Sequence record: MG765277.2
Length of the DNA stretch: 32,000 nucleotides
Source: Lactobacillus phage Bacchae
Direction: 5' to 3' (one strand)
Below the pieces are notes generated by a model, which ran no database searches, was not told the DNA's origin, and was given only the letters and a program-made list of their open reading frames with translations. The translations under genes were made by a program, and so were the position numbers. Shown here piece by piece: positions 8,977-16,443 of the stretch (its first letter is position 1; each line of letters begins with the position of its first letter).

Positions 8977-9378
8977 ATGAAATTAGAAAACTTATTAGAG
9001 AGTAAAGAATTTAACATTAGTGTTGGCCGTATGATTGAACGTATGCAACAGGCCGCCGAACATAATTGGGACTGGTTAAGCTTTAATGGTGATAGTATTG
9101 ATTATGATATTGATGGGGACGTAAGGGTTTCAATCGAATTAGTACCCGAGTGGGCGAACCTTGAAAATATTGATTCGGCCGATAACGTTGATTTATACAA
9201 CGAATATAATGAAACTGACTACCATTCTTTTGAGGATATTCGAGCCGCTGGAATTAATCCTTATAAAGCTATGGACGTTAAGATTCGCACACTTGACTAT
9301 TTTACCATGATGGACGAAACATTGCAAGTGTACTATATAGATGAAAAAGACCGTCAAAAGATTAATAGCTTATTTTAA
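8977..9378 (+). CDS. Hypothetical acidic protein
   Basis: 133 aa, D/E rich. Confidence 0.8.
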   Translation: MKLENLLESKEFNISVGRMIERMQQAAEHNWDWLSFNGDSIDYDIDGDVRVSIELVPEWANLENIDSADNVDLYNEYNETDYHSFEDIRAAGINPYKAMDVKIRTLDYFTMMDETLQVYYIDEKDRQKINSLF

Positions 9379-9386
9379 AATAGTTG

Positions 9387-9415
9387 TTGACAAGTTAGAA
9401 CATTATTGCTATAAT
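9387..9415 (+). promoter_or_regulatory. Cassette promoter for 9448
   Basis: TTGACA-17-TATAAT. Confidence 0.85.
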
Positions 9416-9447
9416 TAAGACATTAAATAAGAAAGAGGTATTACATT

Positions 9448-9678
9448 ATGCTGGCTATTAATATTCAATCGAAACAATTACAAAAAATATTAGGCGCAAC
9501 TAATCCAATTGAAACACAACGTTTTTGGAATGATGAAAGTGAACGGGTGTTCTTCTGTGATGGGGACAAGGAAACCTGTATCAATGAGCTATTAGACGAA
9601 ATGGGAACGGTAGACGGGTATACACTCTATTATGTGGTTGATGACGGAATGTTTTATATAATTGAAGATTTTATGTAA
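9448..9678 (+). CDS. Hypothetical acidic protein
   Basis: 76 aa ORF behind cassette. Confidence 0.75.
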   Translation: MLAINIQSKQLQKILGATNPIETQRFWNDESERVFFCDGDKETCINELLDEMGTVDGYTLYYVVDDGMFYIIEDFM

Positions 9679-9684
9679 TAATTG

Positions 9685-9713
9685 TTGACAAGTTAGAGAT
9701 TAAGATATATAAT
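9685..9713 (+). promoter_or_regulatory. Cassette promoter for 9747
   Basis: TTGACA-17-TATAAT. Confidence 0.85.
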
Positions 9714-9746
9714 TAAGACATTAAATAAGAAAGAGGTATTTACATT

Positions 9747-10256
9747 ATGGGATATACAGATGGAGTAGCAAAATCAATGAGTGAAGCAAGTGCACAAGGT
9801 AAGCTGTTTTTAATTGACAGCTTTACTTACAAGGATAGCAATTACAACCCTGATAACTTGGACGGTGAAGCATTATCAGACTTTTTAGACCAAAAAGTGG
9901 ACTTGGATTATACCGATTGCGTTGAATTGCTTAAAGAGGGCTACACTTATGATAGTGAAGACAATGAGGTTTATTTAATCGAAAATAAAGATGGCTTTAC
10001 AGTCAATGTATATCAATCTGCATTAGATTTTATTGATGATAATAGTCAAGGCGGCCTGTATTATATCTTTGATGACACTAAGGAACTGCTAGGGGCTAGA
10101 ATGGGTGTTTGTGGCGAGCATATGGGAAGTGTTTCAGTATGGTTAGACACTACGACCCCACAAGCTACCTTAACACAAGGTAACGAGGTTTATCACTTAA
10201 CTAGTGAAGATACTGATGATATTAATGAAGCATTAAGCGAATTGTTTTATGATTAA
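9747..10256 (+). CDS. Hypothetical highly acidic protein
   Basis: 169 aa, D/E rich. Confidence 0.8.
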   Translation: MGYTDGVAKSMSEASAQGKLFLIDSFTYKDSNYNPDNLDGEALSDFLDQKVDLDYTDCVELLKEGYTYDSEDNEVYLIENKDGFTVNVYQSALDFIDDNSQGGLYYIFDDTKELLGARMGVCGEHMGSVSVWLDTTTPQATLTQGNEVYHLTSEDTDDINEALSELFYD

Positions 10257-10276
10257 AAATAAATTTTAAATAACAC

Positions 10277-10305
10277 TTGACATAGAATAACAGTAATGTT
10301 ATTCT
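10277..10305 (+). promoter_or_regulatory. Promoter for 10351 with embedded dyad
   Basis: TTGACA then AGAATAAC-AGTAAT-GTTATTCT (10284-10305). Confidence 0.7.
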
Positions 10306-10350
10306 ATATACATAAGTTAAAACAATAAATAAGAAAAGAGATAATACATT

Positions 10351-10599
10351 ATGACTAAACTGCTATATCAAAAAGATAACTTGGACTACTATATCACCGA
10401 GGAGTATGTACTACGCCTTAATAGTGAGTGGCTATTAAACTATATCAAACGTAACACTGAATATAATAGTATTTCAGAGTTTTCAAACTGGTACAATAGT
10501 GAAGACGTAGACGAGATTATAAGTGAGTTAGACGATACTGGTATGGCGTACACGCTAAATAAAACCGGTAATTATTGTTCATGTGATGACTTGATGTAG
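10351..10599 (+). CDS. Hypothetical acidic protein
   Basis: 82 aa ORF. Confidence 0.75.
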   Translation: MTKLLYQKDNLDYYITEEYVLRLNSEWLLNYIKRNTEYNSISEFSNWYNSEDVDEIISELDDTGMAYTLNKTGNYCSCDDLM

Positions 10600-10613
10600 T
10601 CATTAAAAAGTTG

Positions 10614-10642
10614 TTGACACCTACAAAAATAGATGTTATAAT
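10614..10642 (+). promoter_or_regulatory. Cassette promoter for 10677
   Basis: TTGACA-17-TATAAT. Confidence 0.85.
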
Positions 10643-10676
10643 TAAGACATTAAATAAGAAGAGGAGTTAATACATT

Positions 10677-10994
10677 ATGAAAACGGTAAAAGTAGCAAAC
10701 AACATGCAGTTATTTGATGATGACGGTTACCACTATAACAGGTGCTTAACTCTTGATATTAAGTCATTTAATAAATTCTTGACCAATACTAACCAACTTT
10801 TACAACACGAAAAGGGCTATTCTAGTGATAGAACTTGGCTAGAATGTTTGCCTACCAAGCAATTAGAAAAGGGTATCTTAACACTCACCTTAACGCAAGC
10901 ACGGTATCTAATTCAGTGGTTAAAAAGCAATGGTTATATTTTTAAAGGGCACAAAATTAAAAGTGAAGTAAACACGGTTGTAAAATTATTTTAA
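10677..10994 (+). CDS. Hypothetical protein
   Basis: 105 aa ORF behind cassette. Confidence 0.75.
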   Translation: MKTVKVANNMQLFDDDGYHYNRCLTLDIKSFNKFLTNTNQLLQHEKGYSSDRTWLECLPTKQLEKGILTLTLTQARYLIQWLKSNGYIFKGHKIKSEVNTVVKLF

Positions 10995-11002
10995 GATAAT
11001 TG

Positions 11003-11031
11003 TTGACAAGTTAGAGATTAAGATATATAAT
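11003..11031 (+). promoter_or_regulatory. Cassette promoter for 11066
   Basis: TTGACA-17-TATAAT; same spacer sequence as the 9685 promoter. Confidence 0.85.
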
Positions 11032-11065
11032 TAAGACATTAAATAAGAAAAGGAAGTTATACATT

Positions 11066-11356
11066 ATGACAGCAAGTGAAAAGTTACAACAATTAGTTGA
11101 AAACGATAAGTTAACGGACGAACAACAGGACAACTTGAATGATTGGGGTATTCTAACCGTGTCAGAGTTGAGAGAGTATCTAATTGACTTAATTAGTGAA
11201 TTAAAAAATGAAACTGATAGCTTTGGTTATGAAAATGCTGTTAATGCTTTATATGCTTTACTTGATTATGATGATGATGAGTATATTGCTTATGATGAAG
11301 ATGGTGTACAAAAATTAGACTTTGATACCCTAAATGACGCTTTGGGTATTGACTAG
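11066..11356 (+). CDS. Hypothetical acidic protein
   Basis: 96 aa, DYDDDDEYIAYDEDG stretch. Confidence 0.75.
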   Translation: MTASEKLQQLVENDKLTDEQQDNLNDWGILTVSELREYLIDLISELKNETDSFGYENAVNALYALLDYDDDEYIAYDEDGVQKLDFDTLNDALGID

Positions 11357-11371
11357 AAAGAGAGAACTAAA

Positions 11372-11740
11372 ATGAAATTATATAAATTATTGATTACTAT
11401 TGTTGCCGGGGTTACATTGTCGCTTGTTACTGCATATAAGGCTGACGCTAGCCGGCCTAATTATGCGTATACCTTAACACGAACTAAGCACGCTGTTAAG
11501 CTTACCAATACCGGACGAACTGAAAACATGTACCGAGTAACCATTAAGACTGGTAAAGCTGTAAGATGGTATTACATGGCTTTAAATGCTAAACAGTCAT
11601 GGCTAGTTAAACAGCCCCGTAAATACAGTGTTACCGTTCGGCGTGTATCTAAGAGTGATGAGAAGCGCAATGCAGACCCACGTAACCACTTTACACCATT
11701 AGGAATTAGAAACACTCAACGAACCGTATGGAACCGTTAG
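11372..11740 (+). CDS. Putative secreted basic protein with Sec signal peptide
   Basis: MKLYKLLITIVAGVTLSLVTAYKADA|SRPNY...; mature part basic. Confidence 0.75.
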   Translation: MKLYKLLITIVAGVTLSLVTAYKADASRPNYAYTLTRTKHAVKLTNTGRTENMYRVTIKTGKAVRWYYMALNAKQSWLVKQPRKYSVTVRRVSKSDEKRNADPRNHFTPLGIRNTQRTVWNR

Positions 11741-11773
11741 ACTAACTAATAGAATAGGAAAGAGGAAACTAAA

Positions 11774-11935
11774 ATGGGATTTACTGAAGTTTTAACAATT
11801 GTATTTGTAGTATGTAAGCTATTAGGGATTATTACTTGGTCATGGTGGCTTGTATTGTTACCTGAAATTATTGCCGGTGTACTTTATATCAGTTTGGTAG
11901 GAATTACATTATTCGGAGTGTTTAAACGCTACTAG
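11774..11935 (+). CDS. Small membrane protein with WSWWLVLLP motif (absent from ORF track)
   Basis: MGFTEVLTIVFVVCKLLGIITWSWWLVLLPEIIAGVLYISLVGITLFGVFKRY*; resembles small phage TM proteins often annotated 'transmembrane Fragile-X-F'. Confidence 0.75.
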   Translation: MGFTEVLTIVFVVCKLLGIITWSWWLVLLPEIIAGVLYISLVGITLFGVFKRY

Positions 11936-11944
11936 AATAATTAA

Positions 11945-11973
11945 AGACTAGTCTATTATGGCTAGTCTTTTTT
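11945..11973 (+). terminator. Rho-independent terminator
   Basis: GACTAG...CTAGTC then TTTTTT. Confidence 0.8.
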
Positions 11974-11978
11974 GTCTA

Positions 11979-12007
11979 TTGACAATCCATATAAAGGCTG
12001 GTATACT
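11979..12007 (+). promoter_or_regulatory. Promoter upstream of the third parS-like site
   Basis: TTGACA-17-TATACT. Confidence 0.75.
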
Positions 12008-12041
12008 TTAATCATTGAGAAACAAGGAAATATCTCAAGAA

Positions 12042-12057
12042 TGTTTCACGTGAAACA
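12042..12057. promoter_or_regulatory. Exact chromosomal-type parS site
   Basis: TGTTTCACGTGAAACA. Confidence 0.9.
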
Positions 12058-12071
12058 ATTTAAAATAATGG

Positions 12072-12100
12072 TTGACAAGTTAGGATATAGGGTATATACT
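12072..12100 (+). promoter_or_regulatory. Cassette promoter for 12134
   Basis: TTGACA-17-TACTTA + GGTCATTAAATAAGG leader. Confidence 0.7.
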
Positions 12101-12133
12101 TAGGTCATTAAATAAGGAAAGAGGAATTACATT

Positions 12134-12715
12134 ATGAAATTAGAATTAAACCTTAAAAATCAGGACGCTTACACCGTTGAGGATATTCAAGCTAGTATGT
12201 TAGTTTTAGCCGGTGAACTTGGTAAACTCGGTTACTGCTTAGATGGTCTGTCTTATAATACAGATACCCCGATTACCGGATTACCACTTAAAAACACCCG
12301 TGCTGATAAATATTTAAAAATTGAATCTAACTTAGATAAAAGTGCTGTTTACTCCGATAATAGAGAAATAGAAACGATAACCATTGATGCAACGGGTGCC
12401 GGTGTTAATACACGTTTAGTTACTCTTGCCTACGTAAGATATAACCGCATGTTAACGACCAACTTTAGTTATGCTGTATCTATGGTTGAAAAGATTGCAA
12501 AACGCCGACACAATCGCTTTAGTTATAGTAATCGCCGGCGTATTCAAGTTACCAAAAGCAATGTTAAACTAGTTCGTGGTATCAAAGGATTTAAAACAGC
12601 TAAATTAGATGATATTGCTTTATATGTTTCTGATTTAGGGGATTTGGATAGCAAGCGTTATACACTGGAAAACATCAAGACAGGAACTGAAAAGACTTTT
12701 ACTTTAAACCGATAA
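12134..12715 (+). CDS. Hypothetical protein, 193 aa
   Basis: Longest ORF of the + strand array. Confidence 0.85.
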   Translation: MKLELNLKNQDAYTVEDIQASMLVLAGELGKLGYCLDGLSYNTDTPITGLPLKNTRADKYLKIESNLDKSAVYSDNREIETITIDATGAGVNTRLVTLAYVRYNRMLTTNFSYAVSMVEKIAKRRHNRFSYSNRRRIQVTKSNVKLVRGIKGFKTAKLDDIALYVSDLGDLDSKRYTLENIKTGTEKTFTLNR

Positions 12716-12740
12716 AACAGGATTAATCAAGATATTTATG

Positions 12741-12768
12741 GACTGGCTTAATAGGCTAGTCTTTTTTG
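12741..12768 (+). terminator. Rho-independent terminator
   Basis: GACTGGC-TTAATA-GGCTAGTC-TTTTTT. Confidence 0.85.
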
Positions 12769-13315
12769 TATGGTTATTGAATAGCGTGTATATAAGCCGT
12801 GTATAGACAGTTACGTATATAGGGGTAGTATAGGTGCATATATAGGTAGTAGGCAATACAGGGGCAATATACATTAGTAGACACTGTATGGACCTACAAT
12901 ATATAGTCAATAGGTAGGCAATACATACATACCTAAGAGGTAGACAGTACATACATATATACGAGCCTAGGGTTCACCTATCTTACTAATAATATTACAG
13001 TACACAGTCAGCCTAGTTACTTGACCAACTAACCAACCATATATACAACTAGCTGATTACTTAATCACTGTACTAGCTAACCAATATGCAATCATACCAT
13101 GCTGGTTTATATCAACTTATTATGGTTACACATATAGGATACCTATATACGGCTTATATATGGGCGTGTAGTAATAGTTAGCCATATATAGGTGTAATTA
13201 TACTGGTGGCAATATAAACGGCTTAGAATGGCTGCTAGGGGACTTATATGGGGCGCCTGTATTGGTAGCCTATTACTGCATACAAAAAATAACCCTATAT
13301 ACTTTCATATAGGGG

Positions 13316-13344
13316 TTGACCAGTGGCTAAATACATGTTATAAT
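13316..13344 (+). promoter_or_regulatory. Promoter without an evident ORF
   Basis: TTGACC-17-TATAAT followed by GAGGGGGG but only a stop-limited mini-ORF. Confidence 0.65.
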
Positions 13345-13560
13345 TAGTTATACAATAAAAGAGGGGGGTAAAGATAAAACTACATAGTACGGTTAACATG
13401 GCTACATAGTCCAAAAGCCTTACTAGTTCTGTACGGGGAGTGTATACTTTTTTAAAAATTAAGACTAGACTTCCCTAATCATATCCGGTAAAGCTTAGAC
13501 CGTGTAGCTGTGGTGCTGTCACTATTCTCTTTTTATTAACCTCCTTTACTTTATATATTA

Positions 13561-13589
13561 AGTATACAGCTATATAGGGTAAATGTCAA
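13561..13589 (-). promoter_or_regulatory. Minus-strand promoter facing 13316
   Basis: On - strand: TTGACA-17-TATACT followed by AAAGGAGG. Confidence 0.7.
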
Positions 13590-13625
13590 TAGGTAAATTG
13601 TAATTAATTTTATTTAATTTAGGGG

Positions 13626-13654
13626 TTGCATTCTATATACTAGCTTGGTATAAT
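13626..13654 (+). promoter_or_regulatory. Cassette promoter for 13689
   Basis: TTGCAT-17-TATAAT. Confidence 0.7.
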
Positions 13655-13688
13655 TAAGTCATTCAATAAGGAAAGAGGAAATTACATT

Positions 13689-13943
13689 ATGAAATTAGAA
13701 AGCAATGTATTAAGCATATTAATTGATAGAAAGGTCATTCGCTTTATTGCTCAACCTGATAAGGACGGTTTCAGTAAAGCGGTGGTCGTTAGCCCGTTTA
13801 GTCATTTATACTCATTAGAAAGAGTAAGCAGTTTTGAACCTTGTAGCAGTATTACTAATAATAACGTTATTTTAGACGGGGTTACTAAGGAGTATAAAAC
13901 CCTTATGGCCTATCTTAAAGCGAACGAGTATGAGGCTTTTTAG
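13689..13943 (+). CDS. Hypothetical protein
   Basis: 84 aa ORF behind cassette. Confidence 0.75.
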   Translation: MKLESNVLSILIDRKVIRFIAQPDKDGFSKAVVVSPFSHLYSLERVSSFEPCSSITNNNVILDGVTKEYKTLMAYLKANEYEAF

Positions 13944-14072
13944 CCTAATTACAGCTATACCAATTCTAAAATAGGTCAATACTCACCATAGGCTACATCG
14001 ACTATAAACGCCGGTATAATAGCATTCTTTAAAATAAGAGTAAAACCATACCAATTTATTTTAAAATAGTGG

Positions 14073-14101
14073 TTGACAAGCTAGGGTGTAGGGTATATAC
14101 T
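14073..14101 (+). promoter_or_regulatory. Cassette promoter for 14136
   Basis: TTGACA-17-TATACT. Confidence 0.85.
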
Positions 14102-14135
14102 TAAGACATTAAATAAGAAAAGGAAGTAATACATT

Positions 14136-14459
14136 ATGATTTTAACAAGTGAATTAGATACAGCAAGTAGCATTAACGAAGCATGGTTACGGGAATCACT
14201 AGAACAGGAAACAAGTGATATCAATAGACTGACCGATACTCACATGGAAGTCTATAATAATCGGCCTAACCACTTTACAATTGTAGTTGATGACACGTTC
14301 GAATATATGTTAGATACCACCGACTACACTGCTGAACTAACACAACACGTACCAACCTTTCAAGATGAAACTTTACTGGTGGCCATTGTTGATGATAGCG
14401 ATAATTTTGAAGATAAGCTAGCAAAAGAAGTTATCAGCGCTGTTTACCAGACACTATAA
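14136..14459 (+). CDS. Hypothetical acidic protein
   Basis: 107 aa ORF behind cassette. Confidence 0.8.
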   Translation: MILTSELDTASSINEAWLRESLEQETSDINRLTDTHMEVYNNRPNHFTIVVDDTFEYMLDTTDYTAELTQHVPTFQDETLLVAIVDDSDNFEDKLAKEVISAVYQTL

Positions 14460-14466
14460 AGCAATA

Positions 14467-14493
14467 GGGCGACCAATTATGGCCGTCTTTTTG
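14467..14493 (+). terminator. Rho-independent terminator
   Basis: GGGCGACC-AATTAT-GGCCGTC-TTTTTG. Confidence 0.65.
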
Positions 14494-14627
14494 TATACAT
14501 CCGTTTATATACATCCGTATAAGGGTCTTTAAACGGATGCAGGCTTCATTCTAATGCTAGGGCAGTATAATTATACTAGTCATAGCCTAAAACGTCTTAC
14601 AGGGCTTGTATGGACGTTATAGAGGTA

Positions 14628-14656
14628 TTGACACCACCATTATACTATGTTATGCT
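14628..14656 (+). promoter_or_regulatory. Promoter for 14684
   Basis: TTGACA-17-TATGCT. Confidence 0.65.
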
Positions 14657-14683
14657 ATATTAGAGTTGAAAGGCGGTACAATA

Positions 14684-14944
14684 ATGACTAATCATAACAA
14701 GCAACAACAAGCATACGCAACACCAGTCAAGGACAAGTTACGGCTATTAACAGGGAAAGTTATCACGCTTAACACTTATGACACTAGCTACCCAGTTGAA
14801 TTTATTGAACCATTGTTATTCTATGTCGCTTATGGCTTACCTGATAAACTAGACACTAACACATTGACTATATATTTCAATCAACACTATATCAAGGGAA
14901 CACCACTCAATAAAATAGGACTGCACTTGGTTAACCCCCACTAA
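14684..14944 (+). CDS. Hypothetical protein
   Basis: ATG after AAAGGCGG; the ORF track start at 14606 precedes the promoter. Confidence 0.7.
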   Translation: MTNHNKQQQAYATPVKDKLRLLTGKVITLNTYDTSYPVEFIEPLLFYVAYGLPDKLDTNTLTIYFNQHYIKGTPLNKIGLHLVNPH

Positions 14945-14952
14945 GCTATTTA

Positions 14953-15004
14953 AAAAAGATTACTAATTGACTGGATTCTGTCCCGATTTATTAGTAATCT
15001 TTTT
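14953..15004. repeat. 15-bp perfect inverted repeat enclosing the dispersed CTGTCCCGATTT motif
   Basis: AAAAAGATTACTAAT (14953-14967) / ATTAGTAATCTTTTT (14990-15004). Confidence 0.85.
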
Positions 15005-15221
15005 AAATTATTGGCCTAGCGCAACATATATAAGGTTAAGGCTGTAGCCTATCACTGTGGTATACGGGTAGCCGTATGCTATCACGGTAACACGGGGCGC
15101 AATCGCAAGCCACCAACGAACTGCTGAATAGGTAGGATACACCGCCACCACGTTTCAATGCTGACTATACCACAAATATAAAATAGGTGCAACCGGCAAA
15201 ATTATTTAAAGTGTTGTCATT

Positions 15222-15390
15222 GGTTCAATGGCGAACTGATTCAGCGGTGGATTAGTTTATGCAGTGAACTATATTGCTATACTGCTTCACTGATTCAATA
15301 GTGAACTAGTTTAGGCTGTGTATTATATTGCCATACTGGTTCAATGGTGGATTGATTCAATGGCGTACTGATTCAGTGGTGAACTAGTTT
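15222..15390. repeat. Degenerate iteron-like 15-16 bp repeat cluster, unit ~GATTCAATGGTGAACT
   Basis: About six recognisable copies plus a partial copy. Confidence 0.75.
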
Positions 15391-15680
15391 AGCTAGTGTA
15401 CCATATTGAACCCCGTTAAATTTATTTAAAATACTTTCATAAACTGATTGACACGGCTTATTTTTTATGCTTTTCATTTTAGGCTCGATTGTGGGTAAAT
15501 ATACCGGGTAGCCTTAAAACGGCTTAGAGGGGCTTATATGGCCATATACGGGGTATTGACAATTTGGTTCAGTTGTGCATCCGCCTATACAAAATATTTT
15601 GAGTTTATTCCCTTATATAGTTGTATTTAGTTCCCTTATATGGTATATTTAAAGAGTAGAAAAACAAGGGAGCGAACGAC

Positions 15681-15995
15681 ATGACAAAAGATGAAATGGA
15701 AAGCTTATTTATTGATGATGGTATCGAACTAACGGACGACCTCGGACAAGCTATTTATCTATTTAATAACGGCTTAATGGTATCCGGTGAATATTGTGAC
15801 GGGTACCGTGGTACCGACCACCGCACGTTATTAGATGAGTTAGATAACTCGGCAACCTATGAGGAACTGCACCAAAATTATAAGGTGGCTCGGCTAGTTC
15901 CTGAAAGCATGACGGCGCTGGTAAGTGGTTTACAACTAGACGCTGGTAAAATAGACCTATTAAGTAACTACGGTTATACCATTGAAAATTATTAA
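15681..15995 (+). CDS. Hypothetical acidic protein
   Basis: 104 aa; GGGAGCG RBS. Confidence 0.75.
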   Translation: MTKDEMESLFIDDGIELTDDLGQAIYLFNNGLMVSGEYCDGYRGTDHRTLLDELDNSATYEELHQNYKVARLVPESMTALVSGLQLDAGKIDLLSNYGYTIENY

Positions 15996-16013
15996 TTTAT
16001 TTTAATTAGGTGC

Positions 16014-16042
16014 TTGACATGTTAGAATATCGGGCGTATACT
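16014..16042 (+). promoter_or_regulatory. Cassette promoter for 16076
   Basis: TTGACA-17-TATACT. Confidence 0.85.
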
Positions 16043-16075
16043 TAAGTCATTCAATAAGGAAAGGGAGTTATATAC

Positions 16076-16375
16076 ATGACAAAATACACGAAAACAGAAG
16101 GCACACAAGAAATTTGGGACGCTTTAGATGATTTCTATGACTATGATTCGCTTGCAATTAGACCCGAAATTTATACAGAAGATGGGGAAACGTTTATATA
16201 CTTGAACTTGGTAATTCTAACAAGTGAGAATATTTATTCCTTTATAGAGGGCGTAAGTGTAAGTGTAGAATTAGGCCGGTACGACAACGACGACGACGAA
16301 ACCGAGGCACGGGCTTATAAGAAAGCAATGAAAGCCGCCAAGGAGTTCGATATACATGTGACCGAGCCGGCTTAA
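16076..16375 (+). CDS. Hypothetical acidic protein
   Basis: 99 aa; YDNDDDETEARA. Confidence 0.75.
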   Translation: MTKYTKTEGTQEIWDALDDFYDYDSLAIRPEIYTEDGETFIYLNLVILTSENIYSFIEGVSVSVELGRYDNDDDETEARAYKKAMKAAKEFDIHVTEPA

Positions 16376-16384
16376 AATCAGTGC

Positions 16385-16413
16385 TTGACTTGTTTCACTG
16401 TATTCGATATAAT
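16385..16413 (+). promoter_or_regulatory. Cassette promoter for 16444
   Basis: TTGACT-17-TATAAT. Confidence 0.8.
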
Positions 16414-16443
16414 TAGGTTATTCAATTGAGAGGGGTTTTATAC

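Noticed and set aside
12704-12952. 82-aa minus-strand ORF in the TATATAGG-rich block
   Set aside because: Low-complexity Tyr/Thr/Ile product from repetitive non-coding DNA, no RBS or promoter.
15222-15390. CRISPR-like array
   Set aside because: Units are degenerate, short and without uniform spacers; no cas genes. Iteron-like is a better description.
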